Positions 13,730 through 29,400 of a stretch of DNA of 64,000 nucleotides are shown piece by piece. The first letter of the stretch is position 1, and each line of letters starts with the position of its first letter. The DNA is from Raillietiella orientalis (lineage: Eukaryota). Position numbers and translations under genes: made by a program. The notes below the pieces were generated by a model. The model saw nothing but the letters and a program-made list of their open reading frames with translations, was not told the DNA's origin and did not search any database. The stretch spans positions 186,001-250,000 of the forward strand of contig JAYWIR010000040.1 in the NCBI GenBank assembly GCA_036172245.1, given 5' to 3'.

Positions 13730-14200
13730 CTCAAGTGCCTTACCGAAAGTTTCTCTGCGTTCGGTGAGCTGCTGGAAACTGCTAACCTGAATCTAATCGA
13801 CCTTAACTTGTCTTATTACTGCTCAGCAATCGCACCCTTTCAATCAACTGAAGGAAGTTCATGCTCTCCATGTTGTATGAGAGTCTCTTTTGCAACACTC
13901 GCTGCCATCTACAGTAAGGTGGACCCAAACTGTAGCAGTTGCAGGGAACGCGAACTTTTCCCGCGCCTGTTTGCGGACTGCGTTGTCCTGTGATCGATGA
14001 GGGAACGTTTGAAGGCGATGATCCTCTGGATCTCACTTGGAAACCCAAAGAACGCACTGAAACCTCTCTTCATTTTTGTGCACCTTTCCTAGGAGCATCG
14101 AATGCGTATCCTGTACATACGCGGACTGGGATGCCTCGATCCTTCCATAATGGCGTTTTCGGCATGTACGCTGTCTGTTGGTCATGACTGCCGCATTGTG
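13730..14200 (+). mobile_element. Possible very decayed APE endonuclease N-terminus (family A-like)
   Basis: SLRSVSCWK...LKEVHALH...TVRWTQTVAVAGNANF...DLTWK...FCAP weakly parallels RLSVACWNVN...LQEIHVIS...TLHWRCG..CGVAFL...QLTLRW...VYAP. Confidence 0.3.
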
Positions 14201-17200
14201 GGCGCATTCCAGAAGACCTATATGACCTGTTAAAGAAAGAGTCACGAAAACTTTTGCATTCTTCAAGAAAGCCGCTAAAAAGTTCTGTTCTTTGTGATAA
14301 GGGAATGCTCCCGAATTCGGTGGCAGCCTACAGAAGTGGGGCGGTAGTAGCCGTTCCCTGAAGGTCATCGCATGAGAGCACGATAATACTTGGATGGAAA
14401 ACGACTGAGAGCTAGGCAAGCTCAGTAATTGGGGGTTTGAGAAGCAAGCAGAAGCACATTCACGCTTTTAAACTCAAGAGGACGCTCAGCCCTCTTCCAG
14501 GGAGTAGTTGTCTTTTGCTTGGAATGGTGTGAACCTTTTCCATTGTAGAGGATTCGTTTCTTGAATACCGACCACGTCGACTCCTTTTGGTAAATCGCTA
14601 TATTCCATCTTGGAGTCTACCAAATGTCTTCCATTTCGATCTACCACCGAGAGTCAAGTGCTAGAAATTAGAGAACTGGAGCGCTCTAAGCAGCTGCTAT
14701 TTGACGTGTTGATAGCTCACAATCATGAAGTAGCTTTCTTTCTCTTCAATAACTCTATCATTTGTGGCTTTTTGTCCACCAGCTGTACTGACCTTGTGCT
14801 CCAATTGGAGGTCTACCCTTGCTTCCTCCCAGATGAGATGTCTTTTTGGTTAGCAGCTGTCCAAAAACATTCTTTCGTGCTTTAGAAGATATGGAGAGTA
14901 ATTATATCGAAAGATAAAAACAGGCACACATGGCACATTTGAGCAATGTGGGTTGAAATCAGCCCATTGCATCGGTAAGTGCGAAGAAACGGATCGCAGG
15001 CCAGTACGCAGGCACCTTCACACGGCGAGATAATTTTCCAAAAACCATACTGGATTTGTCTCTCAAAGTTCCTTTGCTCTACTATCCATTCGTTCCCGAA
15101 GCACTCACATGGATCCAAAGACTGGTGGTTCCACATTGCCAACATAAAAGCAGTGTCCCACAAGCGACCTTCGTCCTGCATCTTTGTGGCGTCTGCATAA
15201 ATTTCTCCAGTTTGAGATTTTTGCAATGTGTATCAACTCCCTGAAGATATTAAGGTTCAGAAGGAAGAAAGAGGTCACACTTGTTGTCTAGCGCTCCGTC
15301 ACTTCCACACGCAACAGTCACAGAGTAACAAGAACAAAGTTGTTTTCTCCAAAAACAGCCATGAGGCATGAAGCCTTTTTGTTTTTCCCCACCCTCTGAT
15401 ATAGGCCCTATTAGCAACGTGCACCAACATGTAGATGCATTCGATAGAAAGCCCGTACTGATTGAAAGAGGGAACGTATTGTTAAGGGTCGATGTCACGG
15501 TAGTACGATCCTCCAGTATACCATGTATGCTGTGCTTGATATCGGCATTCTCTCTTGCAGAAGCAACAGTTAGATATTCCACTCTCCATTAAACATGTAG
15601 TGATTACCATTACTCCTAGTTCTTGAAGCTTGAAGAAACCCTTCTTTCTATTCGTTTACATTTCAAAAGCATCCTTCATGACCATACATACACTTCATAA
15701 GAAGCAAACACCATTGTTCCTTGAGAGCCACTCCCCTAGTAGGAGAGTGTCGACTAACTCTCCCGGGAGGGTCGGTTTCTCAAAACGAATGCAGTGCATA
15801 GATGCTATCGCGAAGGTATGCAATCGGTACAGTGCTCCTCTTTGATTAAGGGGCTGATGGAGTCTTCCATTGTGACGACCGATCACGAGACCTTTGCACT
15901 TGTGGTTCCTGCGCGATAGAATTTCTTGCGAAGCGCTGACGAAGACCAATCACTTGCGATCTTACATTTCACAGGAGATTCGCCAGAGCTGCAACTCCGG
16001 GAAGGTGAAGCACCTTACTATTCCAGCAGCAGGTGGACGACGAGTCGTGACCTCTGAACCGAACCATTCCCAAACAATGAGTCCACGGCAGCACAGAGGA
16101 AGCAGACAAAGCAGCCGAAAACACAGCAATGAAAACAATCACGTCCAACCGCTCAGACATCAGTCTAAAAGAAAGGGATAATTTCGAACATCCCATTGCA
16201 GCACACTTGTATGAAACGCCAGCGGCAATGAAAGATGACTACTAAGAATATTAAAGGAAAGAGGAACTTTGACTTCGTGTACACCCTGCGAAGGCTGGGC
16301 TGTTGCTTAAAATCCAGCACGAACTCCTTTCGCTTCGCCGCGAAGGAATGGTGTAAGGCGCGAAAGTTATCGTACGAGTGACCCGATCTTCCCAGGATAT
16401 CAACGTCGCAAGGCTCTCGAACACATGAACCAGTTCCACGCGATCGCCTGCCTACCAAGTAAATCCTATGTGAAGCGCAAAAGAGACAACAGGAGCGCTG
16501 AAGAGGCGCGCGGTTTCTCCGGAGAGGCAGCGTGCTGGAAACGCAGGACCATCGCCTTCTTTGTCGAGAGCGCTCTCTGGACAGCCACTTGGAGCAAAAG
16601 GAGATGCGCAGCTGCAACCCGAGTAGCAGTGAGCCCGCTGGAATATTCGAAACTCATCTGAAGAAGCTACAAAGGAAGAAAGGCTATGAACACTGCCGCC
16701 AAATGCGAACACGGCTGCGTCCTAATCATACCTTAACCCAACGGACTACCTCCGCCATCTCAAAGAGCCTTCGCAGGCCACTGCATAACTGGCATGCGCG
16801 CCACTTGGTTCCATGACTCCATTGCAGCGACCGAGAAAAATCAGACCACTCAAGGAGCCAGCTAAGTCTTTCTCGCACAAGCATTTTCATTTCTCCGCAT
16901 CTGGGGCAGCAGATGACCAAGCCACTGCTCGGGAAACGATCGAGCAACATCTCATTGTCCCATCTTCCCTAACATTCATGGAGATAGTTTTCACCTTTCC
17001 TGTTTGTTTCTTTCATCCCACAGGTACAAGATGCAATGCTGGGCGGAAATTGGTGAGCGCCACCGCACAGTCATTTTGGCGTTTATTCTCTGAGAAACAT
17101 CTAAAAGTCCGCGAAGGTGAACTACAGTGTCTGGAAATTTCCTTTGTCAATGGTGGCCCCTAACGACGCATTAGTGCTCTTTCTCTTGCGATTGATGACT

Positions 17201-20200
17201 TGTGGTTCCATCCCAGCTATAATCATACAGTCATACCTGAGTGCATAGCAAGCACTCTGGGATTTTATTGTTCAGTGTATCAGTACCTTGGTAGCAAATG
17301 GTGTGCGCTGTGGATGCATCGCTTCTCTATTTTCGTAGTCTCTGTTCGAGGAAGCTGTTTTGTCAGAATGCAACGGGCTCCATCGCAAAATGGCCAACTC
17401 CACAGGTAATTATAGGAAGAGTATCTTTTGTGTTAACCATTGTCCTGGGAATGCATCTTTGGTCGTGCAGAAGTCTGGATACCGTAGTGAGTACCAGCAT
17501 CCTCACTCTGGTACTCTTTCGTCAAGAATGATTGTCGGCGAGGTCAACCCATGTTCATGAGATGCCTTATAACGCCTCATCCCTCAAAGTTGCGTTTCAT
17601 TCATCCGATTACAGTCAAGGTACATCGACAGTTAGAATGAGCATTTGTGAAGGATCAGTATTCATATCACCTCAGAGCCCCCAAGACAAATCGCCGAAAC
17701 TCAACTGCTGTCTTTAGAGCAACAGCATTTCAGAAATGATTCCTGAAAGTTCCCATCTGCAATTGAGGTACGCCGCGTTCTAAATGGAACACGGGCACCC
17801 AGGTGACGTAATGAACTTTCCATATGCCAGGGAAAAACATGAATAGACTTATGAAAAACGGGCAGCAAACGGGTTCCTCATGGTGGTTTGAATGAAACAA
17901 ACCTTTCTTGCTTGCTTCTGCCATGCATGGCATCCAAAGTGTCCGTGAAAATACCACCACTTACTCAAGATAATGTTTGGGGAAATTCCAAGCGGGATCT
18001 TTCAATCCTGCTTCTCCTTCAGCAAAGCTTCCATGTGATATATTTGGCCCAGCTCATGAAGTTGGGCTTCCTTGAGAGGTGAAGACAAAGAATTATTAGA
18101 GAGACTGAAGGCTGGCAGCTTGCAGACTCACGATCACGGAAGGATCATTATCCTGTCCCATGCGTTCAGAGTCCTCTTATGTCAAATGGAAAGCTAATCA
18201 CAATGGTATTAGAAAGGCATTCCTGCTAAATTTATTTTCGTAGACAGGCATCCTACACTTCGAAACATTGAAGCTGCTATCAGCTCACTCGCAAAATCAA
18301 TCGCTGCTACGACAGCAAGCAGCCTGGTAGTCAAACGCTAGCCCGGAGACCTAAAGGATGTCCTGGTTCAGGGATGCAGCACATAACATCCGTTGAATCC
18401 TGTAGATAGGAGAAGCGTACACAGTATCCGCAAGAATTACACATTATTTGAGCTATGCTGAATCCGAATCTCAGGAAAACCTGAACATAGTTGGAACCGA
18501 GCAATGTTTGATCTGTATGTCTTCAGAACAGATTTCCAGGTTTGCTGGAACTAACTAAAGATTTCTCAATTCGCACCAACTGTTTTGTGCAATTTCCACA
18601 TCGAGGTGGCGTCCGTTTGTTCTACGGTGTAAGCGTGTTAGTGTGCCAGTTTATAAGATATTCTACATTTTTCGTAGCCATCACACTCCATCTCTTGAAA
18701 CAAAAGAAAATCAGCTCTGAAAGAATCCGTGAGAGGTTTCCTTTCCGCCTAATCCTCTCAAAACAAGCAGCTCCTGGCTTCGCAGCAGCCGCAGGTTTTA
18801 AGGAAAATCCACAATACACGCTACGATTTTTCCTTCTTTTTCAAGAGCACTTTTCTGCTCTGCACCCTCCTCCACCATGCTATAAGGGTTCCGCCAGCGT
18901 GCGTTCCGCTTCGCCGCCGCTTTTGGCCTGGGGAAGTTGCAACCCTGATGGAGCCAACTATCATGTTTTCTCTACGGCTGTAAGAGCACTCTATCAGAAA
19001 TCTTCAGATAAGCATATTTTTCAAAATCTAAAGCTTTTTTCGATATTTTGAAAAATAAATAATCGGAGGCACGTCAACACAGCATTCGCCCCAAATGAGG
19101 ATAAATTCCCACTGTCGACCAATGTGAAATAGCTGGTGAACAGGTTTGAAAGGAAACCAAGAATGCCCGGAAGCCACAAATCCTTCAATCCATCGATCCT
19201 TCACTTACATCAATTATAAGCACATATCTACTTCACAGTTTTCAAATTTAGCTGCTGCACCTCAAAAACTGCACCATCCTATAGGAATATTCATAATTTA
19301 GCACAAGAAGGCTAACTCATCCTTCACCGATGTTTGCACCTTCTCGAAAGAAATTGCAGTGAGCTCAGAGTTCTCCTCAGTATCATCTATGTGAACTCAG
19401 AAGGACAACATAGATTAGATGGCAGGCCATCCACATGACAACAACTTTCCAAGTGCTCGCTTCAATATGGGAAGCTCGACGGCATGACCGCAACTTAAAA
19501 AATCTGATCATTTTACCACGAAGACTCCCGTAAAAGATAAAGATCTATCTTCTAAACAGTTTTGAGAGCAAGCAGCGACTGCCCGCGCAATGAGCGATTG
19601 GTGGCAGTCGAGACAAGGAAGAGAAATGGCCTTTATTTTAGCAAGGATTGCACAAGTGAATCCACGAACGTCAGGGCGCATCCATTCTTTCCAATGCTGA
19701 CCCACGGATCCGAATATGCATGTCAAGAGATACCCCAGTCCTTCAAACCTTCTCGTTGATCTAGCAGAAAAGAAAGCATTCATGGTCATCGAGTTAAAAG
19801 CGCTCGTAATAGACCAGGTCCTCGTGTCATAGACCGGAAAGTATGGTGCTCTCATTGGTTTCGTAGCATTGGCTCAGTGACCTTGACTAAGAGAATGCAC
19901 CTCTGCTCACTGGAAGCTGGTACACTTGAGTCCCCGCACGCGGCAAGCAGAGCACCGCCGAGTGATCGCAAATTGCTCTCTTTGCTCACGCCTCTCAGGC
20001 ATCGAACGTCGGTGAGAGGTCTTTACTGTTCCAAGCAGAATTTCCAATTGCGTCGGATCTTACGAAACCAAGGACCTCTTTGTTTTTCGAGAGCCGCAGC
20101 ATTTACATGCTGCTTTTTACCTTTCTTCGATTGGAGCGTCCGTTTCCGTGCTGCTCTCTGCTTTGTAGAAGAATAGAGAAGAGCAGTCGGGACAACCTCC

Positions 20201-21199
20201 CCAGAAAGCGCAGCATGGCGACTCTTTGGAAACTTCAACTCCCAGCGCTAGAGAGAAGCGGAGAGAGGCGCAAGTTTCACGCTTTCCTCGGTAGATGGAC
20301 AGATCGGGCGTGTCTTACCACGGGGAGGATGCAAGCACCACTGGATAGGTGAGAAAGTCATACAAGCTCGCTGTTTTTGCTTCCAGTGACCCTCTTGAAT
20401 AGGACGGAAAAGTACGCAAAAGTGGAGGCAATGCACCCATTGCGTTGTCTGTGAGACGAGGAACCTGCGTCGGAAGGGAAGTGGTGCTTCCCATCGAGAA
20501 ACTTCTCCGCCACTCGGACACTTACTGACATAAATATGCATGGCCGAATGGCCGGATCTAACAGCTCAGAAGAGTAAGCCACCTTTTCTCTCCGCATCGA
20601 AATCCGAAAATCCTTCCAGACACTCTTTCAGAAGATACGTGAGTGCAATTCCTGCTCCCCACGCTGGCCGACGTGCGGAAAAAAAAAGGAACTTTAAAAG
20701 CAAGGTTATTCAGTCACAATTTCATTTTCATGAAACCGAGAAGAATTTTGGATCATCAGTCTTAATGTGTGGTAATTAAGGAAAGCTATGTATCTTTCTC
20801 AGGAAATGTTTTGTCAGACATACAAAACTTTTACGCGCATTCCATTCAGTCTGTGCTCTCTGAGATACTGAGATCAGTCCGTCGTGGCGGCCTTGTGGTT
20901 GCCGCTTTTGCGCACAGCAAGGTGTCGACGAATGCATAAAGTGAAGACCATAAGTTGATGACCTGAAGGAAGTTACAAGGCTGGGTGGGCCACCCGGCAA
21001 GAACTTAGAGCCTCATTTTCAACAAAATATTTGCATGGAACAAAATGCTTAAACAGAAAGATGCAACAGTTGCAGATTATTTTACTTTCAGAGTTTTTCA
21101 GACCGTTTACAGCCGAGATAACACTTATGGTTCATTCCTTAATGCAACGAATTCAAAGACAGGCCAAGCACTTCCATTTCTAATCCAGGCCTGGTTGCG

Positions 21200-24100
21200 C
21201 CTCCTACTCAATAAGAAAGATCTTCTCTGACTTTTATCAGTCTGATGTTTAAATGTGATCCCAGGAGTTTCGTCGATTTGCTCTGGTCTTTGAGCTGATG
21301 CTGAAAGTTTGCAGACACACTCTAGCCTCTTTGCTGTCCAACTCTGTTCGCATGTCTGCTATAGCGACTTTCTTCGATGAATGGTTTTTTCTTTTACCTA
21401 TGTTGACTAGACAAACCGCTGTCGTAATCTCCCTCGCATTCATTTGGTTGCCTTGGTGAGCAGGCAAAAGTATGGAATGGAGACTTCCGTTGTTCACTTG
21501 CGTTTTTGGTAAAAATTTCCAAACAGAAGGCCTTGCGTCACCAAGGATCACACATGGGTTTCTTATTTCCTGAAAAAAATGGTCCATCTGTTTGGAAAAC
21601 GCGCATTGTGCCACGAACTTCTTTCATTGCTTCAGAAGAGCACAGTAGATGAAATGTTCTTGTGAGACTTTCTTTCAATTCTTTATTCTGTGGATCTGAG
21701 AATGTCTTTGACAACTGAGCTCTTGAGCTTACTGAGGAAAGGCGTGGGTTTCTGAATGCCCCGTGAGCTCTTCCTCGATTTTGGATGTTTTATTTCATAT
21801 AGCTCGATGTGTTCGTGTGCTGAAACACGAAGGGCTGCTTCCTGCTGTAAGGATACACACAGAAAAATGACCTACAGTCCTTGAAAAAAAAAAGCTAGTT
21901 AGAAGCAAGAAATTCTATAGTTGATCTGTGAGTTCTTCCAGGAGTATTAAATGTGTATCACTGTTTCTTGGGTATTGATATTTGCGAAGACTGCATATGC
22001 TTCCAAGACTGCATTCCATAGCGCACTTCATTTTTAGATGCCGAAGTTCCGCGTTGCAGTTTCACTATGAAAGCGATATGGTAGAAGTGGCATCTGCCAA
22101 AAGGGCTCCCAGGTTAGGACAGTACGAAATGTGACTGGTATGCACATGAATTTAGTAATCTTTCCCCACGAGCTTGCCTTCTTCAGTCACAAAGTGAAGA
22201 TTTCCTGAGTAATGCTGCACTTGGAGAAACTAAACTTCTCTGAATGTTTTTGCAAATTCTGCATGGCTGAGAGCTTTTGTTTGTCTTTAAGAACTCTCTG
22301 CATTTGATTAAGAATCATGTACACACTGGTTTACTGTTAATTCCATTCGAGATTTCGCCATTCTGTCGGAAGTGTTTGACGAGCATAGTGATGCAACCTC
22401 CGAAGAGCACACAAATAAATGCTATTTCTTGGCATATATACAGAATGTGTTAAGTTTGGCATGAATGTTCCCACGAGAACTTCACTGTTCGTCTTCTATG
22501 AACATTTCTACATATGCCGGACGACGATATTTCAACCCCATGCATTGATGCATACGATGGACTTGGAGATCGATAGAAAAAAGCATAGCTAGCTTATTTA
22601 TGAATGCAAAAAAGAAGTGAAAGCTTCCAGCTACTGGGATGACTTCTATGCTCCTACTACAAGAGCATTACCATTGCACTAGAACTTTACACGGAAATGT
22701 GAAAAGATTTGTTTTAAGAGGTCACATATGTTCCTCAAAGCTTTTACTTTATTATCGTATTGCTTGAGGATGCTGCTCTCTTGGTTTTCCTCTCGCATGC
22801 TACGAGGTATGCAGCTGCTGCATTCAGCTAGTTTTTTCTGCTTATAAGATGTTTCACATATCGCTCTATTGAGTATTATAATGGTTTTGACAAATAGGGT
22901 GATCCGCAAGCGTATTTTTCCTTTTTCACATATAAATTACGTTTGTTTCATTACGGTGTTATGTTTCCTTAATACGAATGTTTGTGCATGGATAGAAAAA
23001 ATGCAGTTGAGAATCTCTTCACGAAGCTGATTTGCTCCCGACACGTGTGGAATGCCCATCGAATTTGCAAGCATTTTATTTTAAATTTATACTTACGTTT
23101 ATGAGCACGGAACTGCATATCTTGAAGCAAGTGTTCAACGAAAAATTTCAGTGGGCAGAAACAAGAACTCATCATTCATAAATGCTGTCATAACGACACA
23201 TTCATTTCTGTGCCAATCGAGCAACCTATTTTGTAAAAATGCACTTGTAGCTTGAATGTGCGGAACTCGAGATTTACGTTTCGAATGGCCTGCTTTTTGA
23301 TTTCAATAGTGAGAAGTTCTTTTTGTTTAATGAAGATATATTGCAGTATTTAGTTTACGCTAGTTAAGAAATGTTCTCACGGAATTGTAAGATCTCTCTT
23401 TTACTTCTACGCTCAGCAGGAGGCGGAATTGAACTATCCAGCCCATGAAAATCAGAACTCAGCTACGTGCAATTCGCAAACTTTTTTACCACAGCTCTTT
23501 CTTGACACACCAGAGCACTCGAAATCGTCGAAGATTTCATCAAGCATTGAATAGCTTTCCATCGCGTTTCGAGTTAGCGAGGCTACCATCGGCATCTTAA
23601 CTAAGCTTCCTGTCTCATTACAGCAGCATACTTTACCCAACATTGTGCACTTCACATAAAATGATGCATTTCTGTGACACTCACACCAGTTTTTGCGAAT
23701 TGCTACAAGTTGCTCCTCTTTGAGGTATTGCTATTTTGCAAAACAGAACGCTTATGTAAATCTCTGTCTAGAAAATCAGATAACAAAGCATGAATATCCA
23801 ATGTGTACCACCCATGGTCATACACAAGATTCCGTCGCTGCAGTGGACCCTTCGATCCTGAGAAACACTGAGACATGAGAAATCTAGGTCACTCGAATCA
23901 GAGAACTTAGTAAACTTTCCTTAGTGAACTTTTGAAGTTCCAAGTTGTCACGGATATCCTCTAGGTGTAGAAAAGCCTACAACTGCGTGAGCATTCGTTC
24001 GAGTGAGGACACAGTACCCACCAATTAGCCACTCTCCTGATCTCTAAACGGCGAATCGATGTGCATTCCTTCCTTCATTCCATCCAGCAATTAGTATCCG

Positions 24101-25875
24101 ATTCTATCTTATGGTTCATGACGCTCTTATGCCTCATGGCATCTTGCGAAACACGTGTCAGCAGCTGCAAATGTCGTTGGTGATGAGATTGGAACATCGG
24201 CTTTTTCCTTCGCAGTCGTCAAAAAAAGGGGCCACCCAACCGTAGACTGATGACACGATGCTTTCTTAAGTGAATAGACATTCACACAAAATAATGATTC
24301 GGAAAATTCTTCCTCTGTCTAACCTCTTGTGGCGGATACACGCTCATAGGAATGAATGCGCGTTAATACCCAAATGCTGCGCAAAGAGCGATCCAAATCT
24401 TTACCCGGCCATTTGTGTTCCTCCCAACATTCCGAACCATTCGAGCGATCTGCTTTGTTAGAGAAAAAAATGTCTTTGCAAGTTACTAACCCACTGACTT
24501 CTCTCGCACATGCCCCCACCATGGTGCCACTATTCCGTGTTGAAATGCAGTGTGTAAACGAATAATCTCTTTGCAGGACAGGAGCATCTAATGCATTTGC
24601 ATTCGGAAAAGCGGAGACACTTGAGATGAACGCGACTGCAAAGCAATCTTCTTTGCTGCTTCCGCTGATGAAATTCGTGCAATCGAAGGTACACTACTCG
24701 AAGGGGCGCATCTTCCCTCTAAAGAGCATTCCCGATGGCAGTGCGCAGAAAAACTAGCGGATGCATTCGTACGCCGAAACTGTCCATGCGCTGTCCGTGG
24801 TCTCCGATTCATTTGGAACTGCATTGGTTTCATCAAAAAGTTGGCATCGTAGCAGTGTTGATCTGATGTTACGCTTCCGTGGCTGAAGAAAATTCAGCCA
24901 CGGAAGAGAAGAAGAAATTTTTTCCGAGTAGTTTTTGTTGTCACTGACACGATTTCTGAGGTCTTCTTCCGAAAAGTCTCTGTTCTCATGAGTAACACTC
25001 ACCAGGCCTATGAGTTCCATGCTTTGAATATGTGGTAATGGAGTCAGTGCACCAGTGTAAAGGGCGTGTTTGGCTACATCCGTGAAGCAGATTCAATGAA
25101 TTCTGGCCCATTCCTAAGTAAGAGCCATCTTTTGCTGTCATGAACCAAGAGAAGAAAATTATTCGTGACTTCTTAGCTTCTCCTTCTGCTTTTCATTTGC
25201 CTCATCCCTGGAAAAGAAAAGTTGGTGCGCGGTCCACCCAGGAACGCCTTGCATAGCTCATGAAAACTCTTTACCGTCTTAAACAGCTGCTGTCTCAGCG
25301 TTGTGGCAAAGTACTTCGCTTTTTCACGCTGCAACACATGAAGCTAAAGCCGTGGTTCGGAGGACTCGTTCTAACGGAGTGTTGTTGGACAACCTATTCC
25401 TGCAGGTCTCTAAGTCAAACGGAAGACTGCAGCAAATGAAGAACATCCTTTTCCGTTTACAATCACCGAAACTTAACTTAATACGGCTCTAAAACGATTG
25501 CGCAACGGTATTTATTTTTAATAAAGAAATAAAACTACGTAACAAACGAGGAGCGTAGTTTTATCTCAATTTAAAAAAAAACGGAAACTCAAAGTTCAGA
25601 TGGAAAGAACTCGCTGAATTACGGGGAACGAAAAAATTTTCTGTTGCATTGCAGGAGTCACGGAATGAGCAAATACATAATTCGAAGGTGGAATCAGGAC
25701 ACTGGAGTTGCTGTTTATCTTCTGAATCTTTTCTGCGATGTTGGTGACCTCTCTGCTTACTTCCTGTTTCAGATAAGACCACCAAAATTTCTTCTTCAGT
25801 TAAGCCATAGCGATGTAAGCAGCCTCTCGCTGCCGCTGTTGCTGCTCCAGCGAGTTCGGAACGTAAAAATGCCAT
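21200..25875 (-). pseudogene. Long decayed, apparently intronless coding-like tract of unknown identity
   Basis: Series of protein-like minus-strand fragments (25561, 24754, 23452, 22679, 21249 ORFs) broken by stops and frameshifts; no family recognised. Confidence 0.3.
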
Positions 25876-26499
25876 GTCATGTTGCTAACGGAAAAAGAGG
25901 ACAGTCATGTCCAAACACAAAGCTAGGACACAGAGAGCACACCTAAAGCTTTGCCCGACTGGAAGAGTGCCTTCGCCTAGAAGTAGGTCATGACCCCGTC
26001 GACCAGCACTTTCCTGGTGCGCCTACCTAAGAGTTTTTTTCATTCCAGTGATGGTAAAGGAGAACTCTCACCTCACTGGTAGGCAGCTGCCACTGCTGCT
26101 TCACAGTAAAGACAGAGCAGCGGTCAAAGCCCATTTCGTTGGTTCATCGACGATTGTTTACAGGAATATTTTGCGAAACTGCTAAATCGGCACGAGATCT
26201 TCAGGACTAATTCTATTTAAGCAAGCTCAAGTATCCGCAGCTCCGCTGGCCATAACGATTAACGGGACAGCTGAGAATTCACTCATTCATCCTCACATCA
26301 GATGAACTGCATCAGTGGTTTTAACTCGGTCACGCCGGGATGTTTATAGAAAACCACAAGTTTGAAGGGATATATAAGAAACAAGAAACGCCTATACAAA
26401 AACAAGTTCAACCTAAATGACCACCGGCACGCAGACCGGCTCCAAAATGGGGATGACGGTACGAAGGGATACAAAGTAAATAAAAAAAGAAGGGAGAAT

Positions 26500-29400
26500 G
26501 GGAACAGGGATCTTTGTTGTCAGACGTTGCACTCTTCATAGAACTGACGCTGGATGATGGCGACGTCCTTTGGAAGATGAAGCCACCATATAGCTGCCTT
26601 CATGAGGTCTGCAGCTATGCTAGTGCTGTCTGTTCGCTGAGAACTTCCTCCGAGCTTACGCCGAGCTGTCACTATGGCGCGGATGCAACAGATTGTTGCG
26701 ATCACAGTGCTCCTTTTTTGTCCTCCTTCACTGAAGATGCTTTGCAGCACGTTGATGGCAAGACAATGACGAGTTGAATTGCTCCAAGCATCAAGCATCA
26801 AACTATGAGCAAAATTGCAATCGCTTTCGTGCTTTAACTTGTTTAATGGTGTCCCTGGTCAAATAAAGCCCTGGACTAATAGTTTCAGTGTGCGCAAGTC
26901 ACTAAGAAATGAAAGGTACCAAACAGCAACGCATTTTTTGTTCTGTATTCATACACTCCATACACTGTTTCATCGTTGTTTCAGAGTGAATTCACATTGC
27001 ATGCTGCTAGCACATGCAATCTCATGCTAAGGATTTAGCAAGTGGTGCCCTATTTCCAAAGTATTCTTTAAGAATTATTGCTGATGCTCTTACCGATGTT
27101 GATTTTTTTTGTTCTGAAGTCGAAAACTGTCCGATAATTTTTTGTGAAGAGTTCTCCGAGGATGATCGGCCCTTCGCCTGGTCCGATATTCACTATCATG
27201 GATTCACATGCGTGTTCCTTTCCATCGCGATCAGGAAACTAAAAATACCATCAATGGTGTCAGAGGCAGCAGATGTGTATAACCTCTATAAGGAAATCTT
27301 CAGGGTAGAACCTGATGACTTTGCTACTGATAGTCAATGTGATATCGTCATTTCTACAGGAACAAGGCATCTAGGTGCCCTATGAGTTCAAATTTATTTG
27401 TGCTTACTTACTTCATAAGAATCAGTTGTTATGCACTTCTTATGTAGAATGGCAATGTATTCTTGAAATTCCTTATCGTGAATGCCAATCCCTTCAAAGT
27501 TAAAATCGAAAACTGCTCTGCAACGGCGGCAGATAAAATGTTTGCCCAATTTCATACTAGAAAACGAAACTTCTAGCTAAGGTTAAGTGCATACTTTCAT
27601 CATCGTACCTCTCCACTGGCAATGTCCATTGTGAGTTATCGGCAGTCTTCTGATGTAGAAGAGGCCTTGTCGCAACGCGACGTCCGACAATCAGCTCTGC
27701 ATCATGGCTCTCCCAGGAATTTCTGCAAAGTTTGTTAAATACATTGTGATCCTATGGATGAAAACCAAAGTGTAAAATGGGGCTTGCTTTTCGTAGCAAT
27801 TGATTTTTAAAGAGTTGGAACTATGTTGTCCACAAGAAGCACATCTGGAGCACACATGTCCGTAGTGACTAAACCGAAGCATCCCACCGATGAGAAATTA
27901 GCAGTGTGCACACTGCAAGCACGATTTGTTTCGCACTACGATGCACGCTTATTATGATAAGTAATCAAAAACCAAAGCAAACTCAAACACGCCTCGGTTT
28001 ACTATTTTCCGGAAAGTTATGGCATGAACCACAAGGTTGGCATCGACAAGGTCGATGCCAACCTTGTGGTTACGTTACACGCATGTTGTAAATCTTGATC
28101 ATTTTTGTGCTTTTCTTTGTGCTCACAGTATGGAGTTGTGCATCAGCTTTTGGCAACGATTTTACTCTAATGAGGTGCTTTCCTTTATATCATCTGTTTT
28201 CACAGTCCTTGAAACTGCAATACGAATGCATTGTACTCACAGAGAATCCGATCCTGCGCAAAGCAAATTTTGTCGTTTCGTGCAAAAAAGGAAACCTAGA
28301 AAGCTATCCGATTCGACGGCATTTCCTACTCCAGGCAAGGGAAAAGATTGCCAGTTTCCTTCTAGGTGAGTTTCTGGGAATAGAAGCCACTGGATCTTCG
28401 CTTCCGAAAGAGTTCCTCTTACGTACTGAGTGCAGGCGGAACGGAAGTGAAAAAATTTGCCCTGCACATAAGACTTCAGAGCGAAAAGGCTACGTTCTCA
28501 GTGTAAGCAAATCATTCCAGCCCTCCGAAAATTTTCATCGTACTAGGTGCCTTGAGCTACCCATGATCACAGAGAAAATGGGTCAAGAATTTAGTTAGAA
28601 GAATTAATTTTGGTTTTCTAGTGAGGGGCAAGCGAAGAAGCATCACTTTGGCTTTACCCCGGAGTGTTTTGATGGGCGTTAATATTCTGCACTGGCGTAA
28701 ATGAAAAGTGGCATCTAAGGATGAGATGAAAGCTAGTGATAAAGAATGCAGCTGACATGACTTAAATGAATTGTCTGTTATGTTAAATGAAGCTTTCATG
28801 TCATTCCACATAGCATGGAATCGAAAAAATTTGCTGCTCCTAAGGGCCGGACTCTGCTCCGAATTCTCACTCCCATTCATTTGAGACGATGCTCATGACT
28901 TGAATTTTTGCTTATGAGTAATCATACTAACTGATAAAGCGTTTGCATCATTAGATCTACTGACGAAAAAGCCTTCAACTAGCACAGATAGCACATGCAA
29001 GTCAAATATGGATTTCAACAATTTCCTTGTTTGGGAATTTTGTCATGTTGAAGACTATAAAATCATTGTGATCATTTCTCGGTGGGAAGTCGGAACACCA
29101 ACATAATTTCAAGCATCTTCTTTAAGATACATTTCATGCACACTAAAGTCCGTGTCGAATCTAGCGATGTTCGCAAGAAACCGAGTCAAAAGAACTCTAC
29201 CGCAGCATGAAATTGAATCTGTTCTGCTCTAAATAATAACAGATTTAACCAGTCGTGCTACATCGACTGGTGCTGACACGTTACCTTCCATAATCCATGG
29301 AAATCGTTGGGGGCATTTTTGGATTTATGGATTTCAACTTCCAAAGCCACGATATGTTTTTGTTCGATACGTCAAGGAGCCCCGGAGAGAGCCCCAAGAA

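Noticed and set aside
19700..19860. PSNLLVDLAEKKAFMVIELK...GKYGAL resembling an RLE (PD-D/ExK) endonuclease
   Set aside because: No convincing upstream CCHC/RHD motif or RT in the correct spacing; could be chance.
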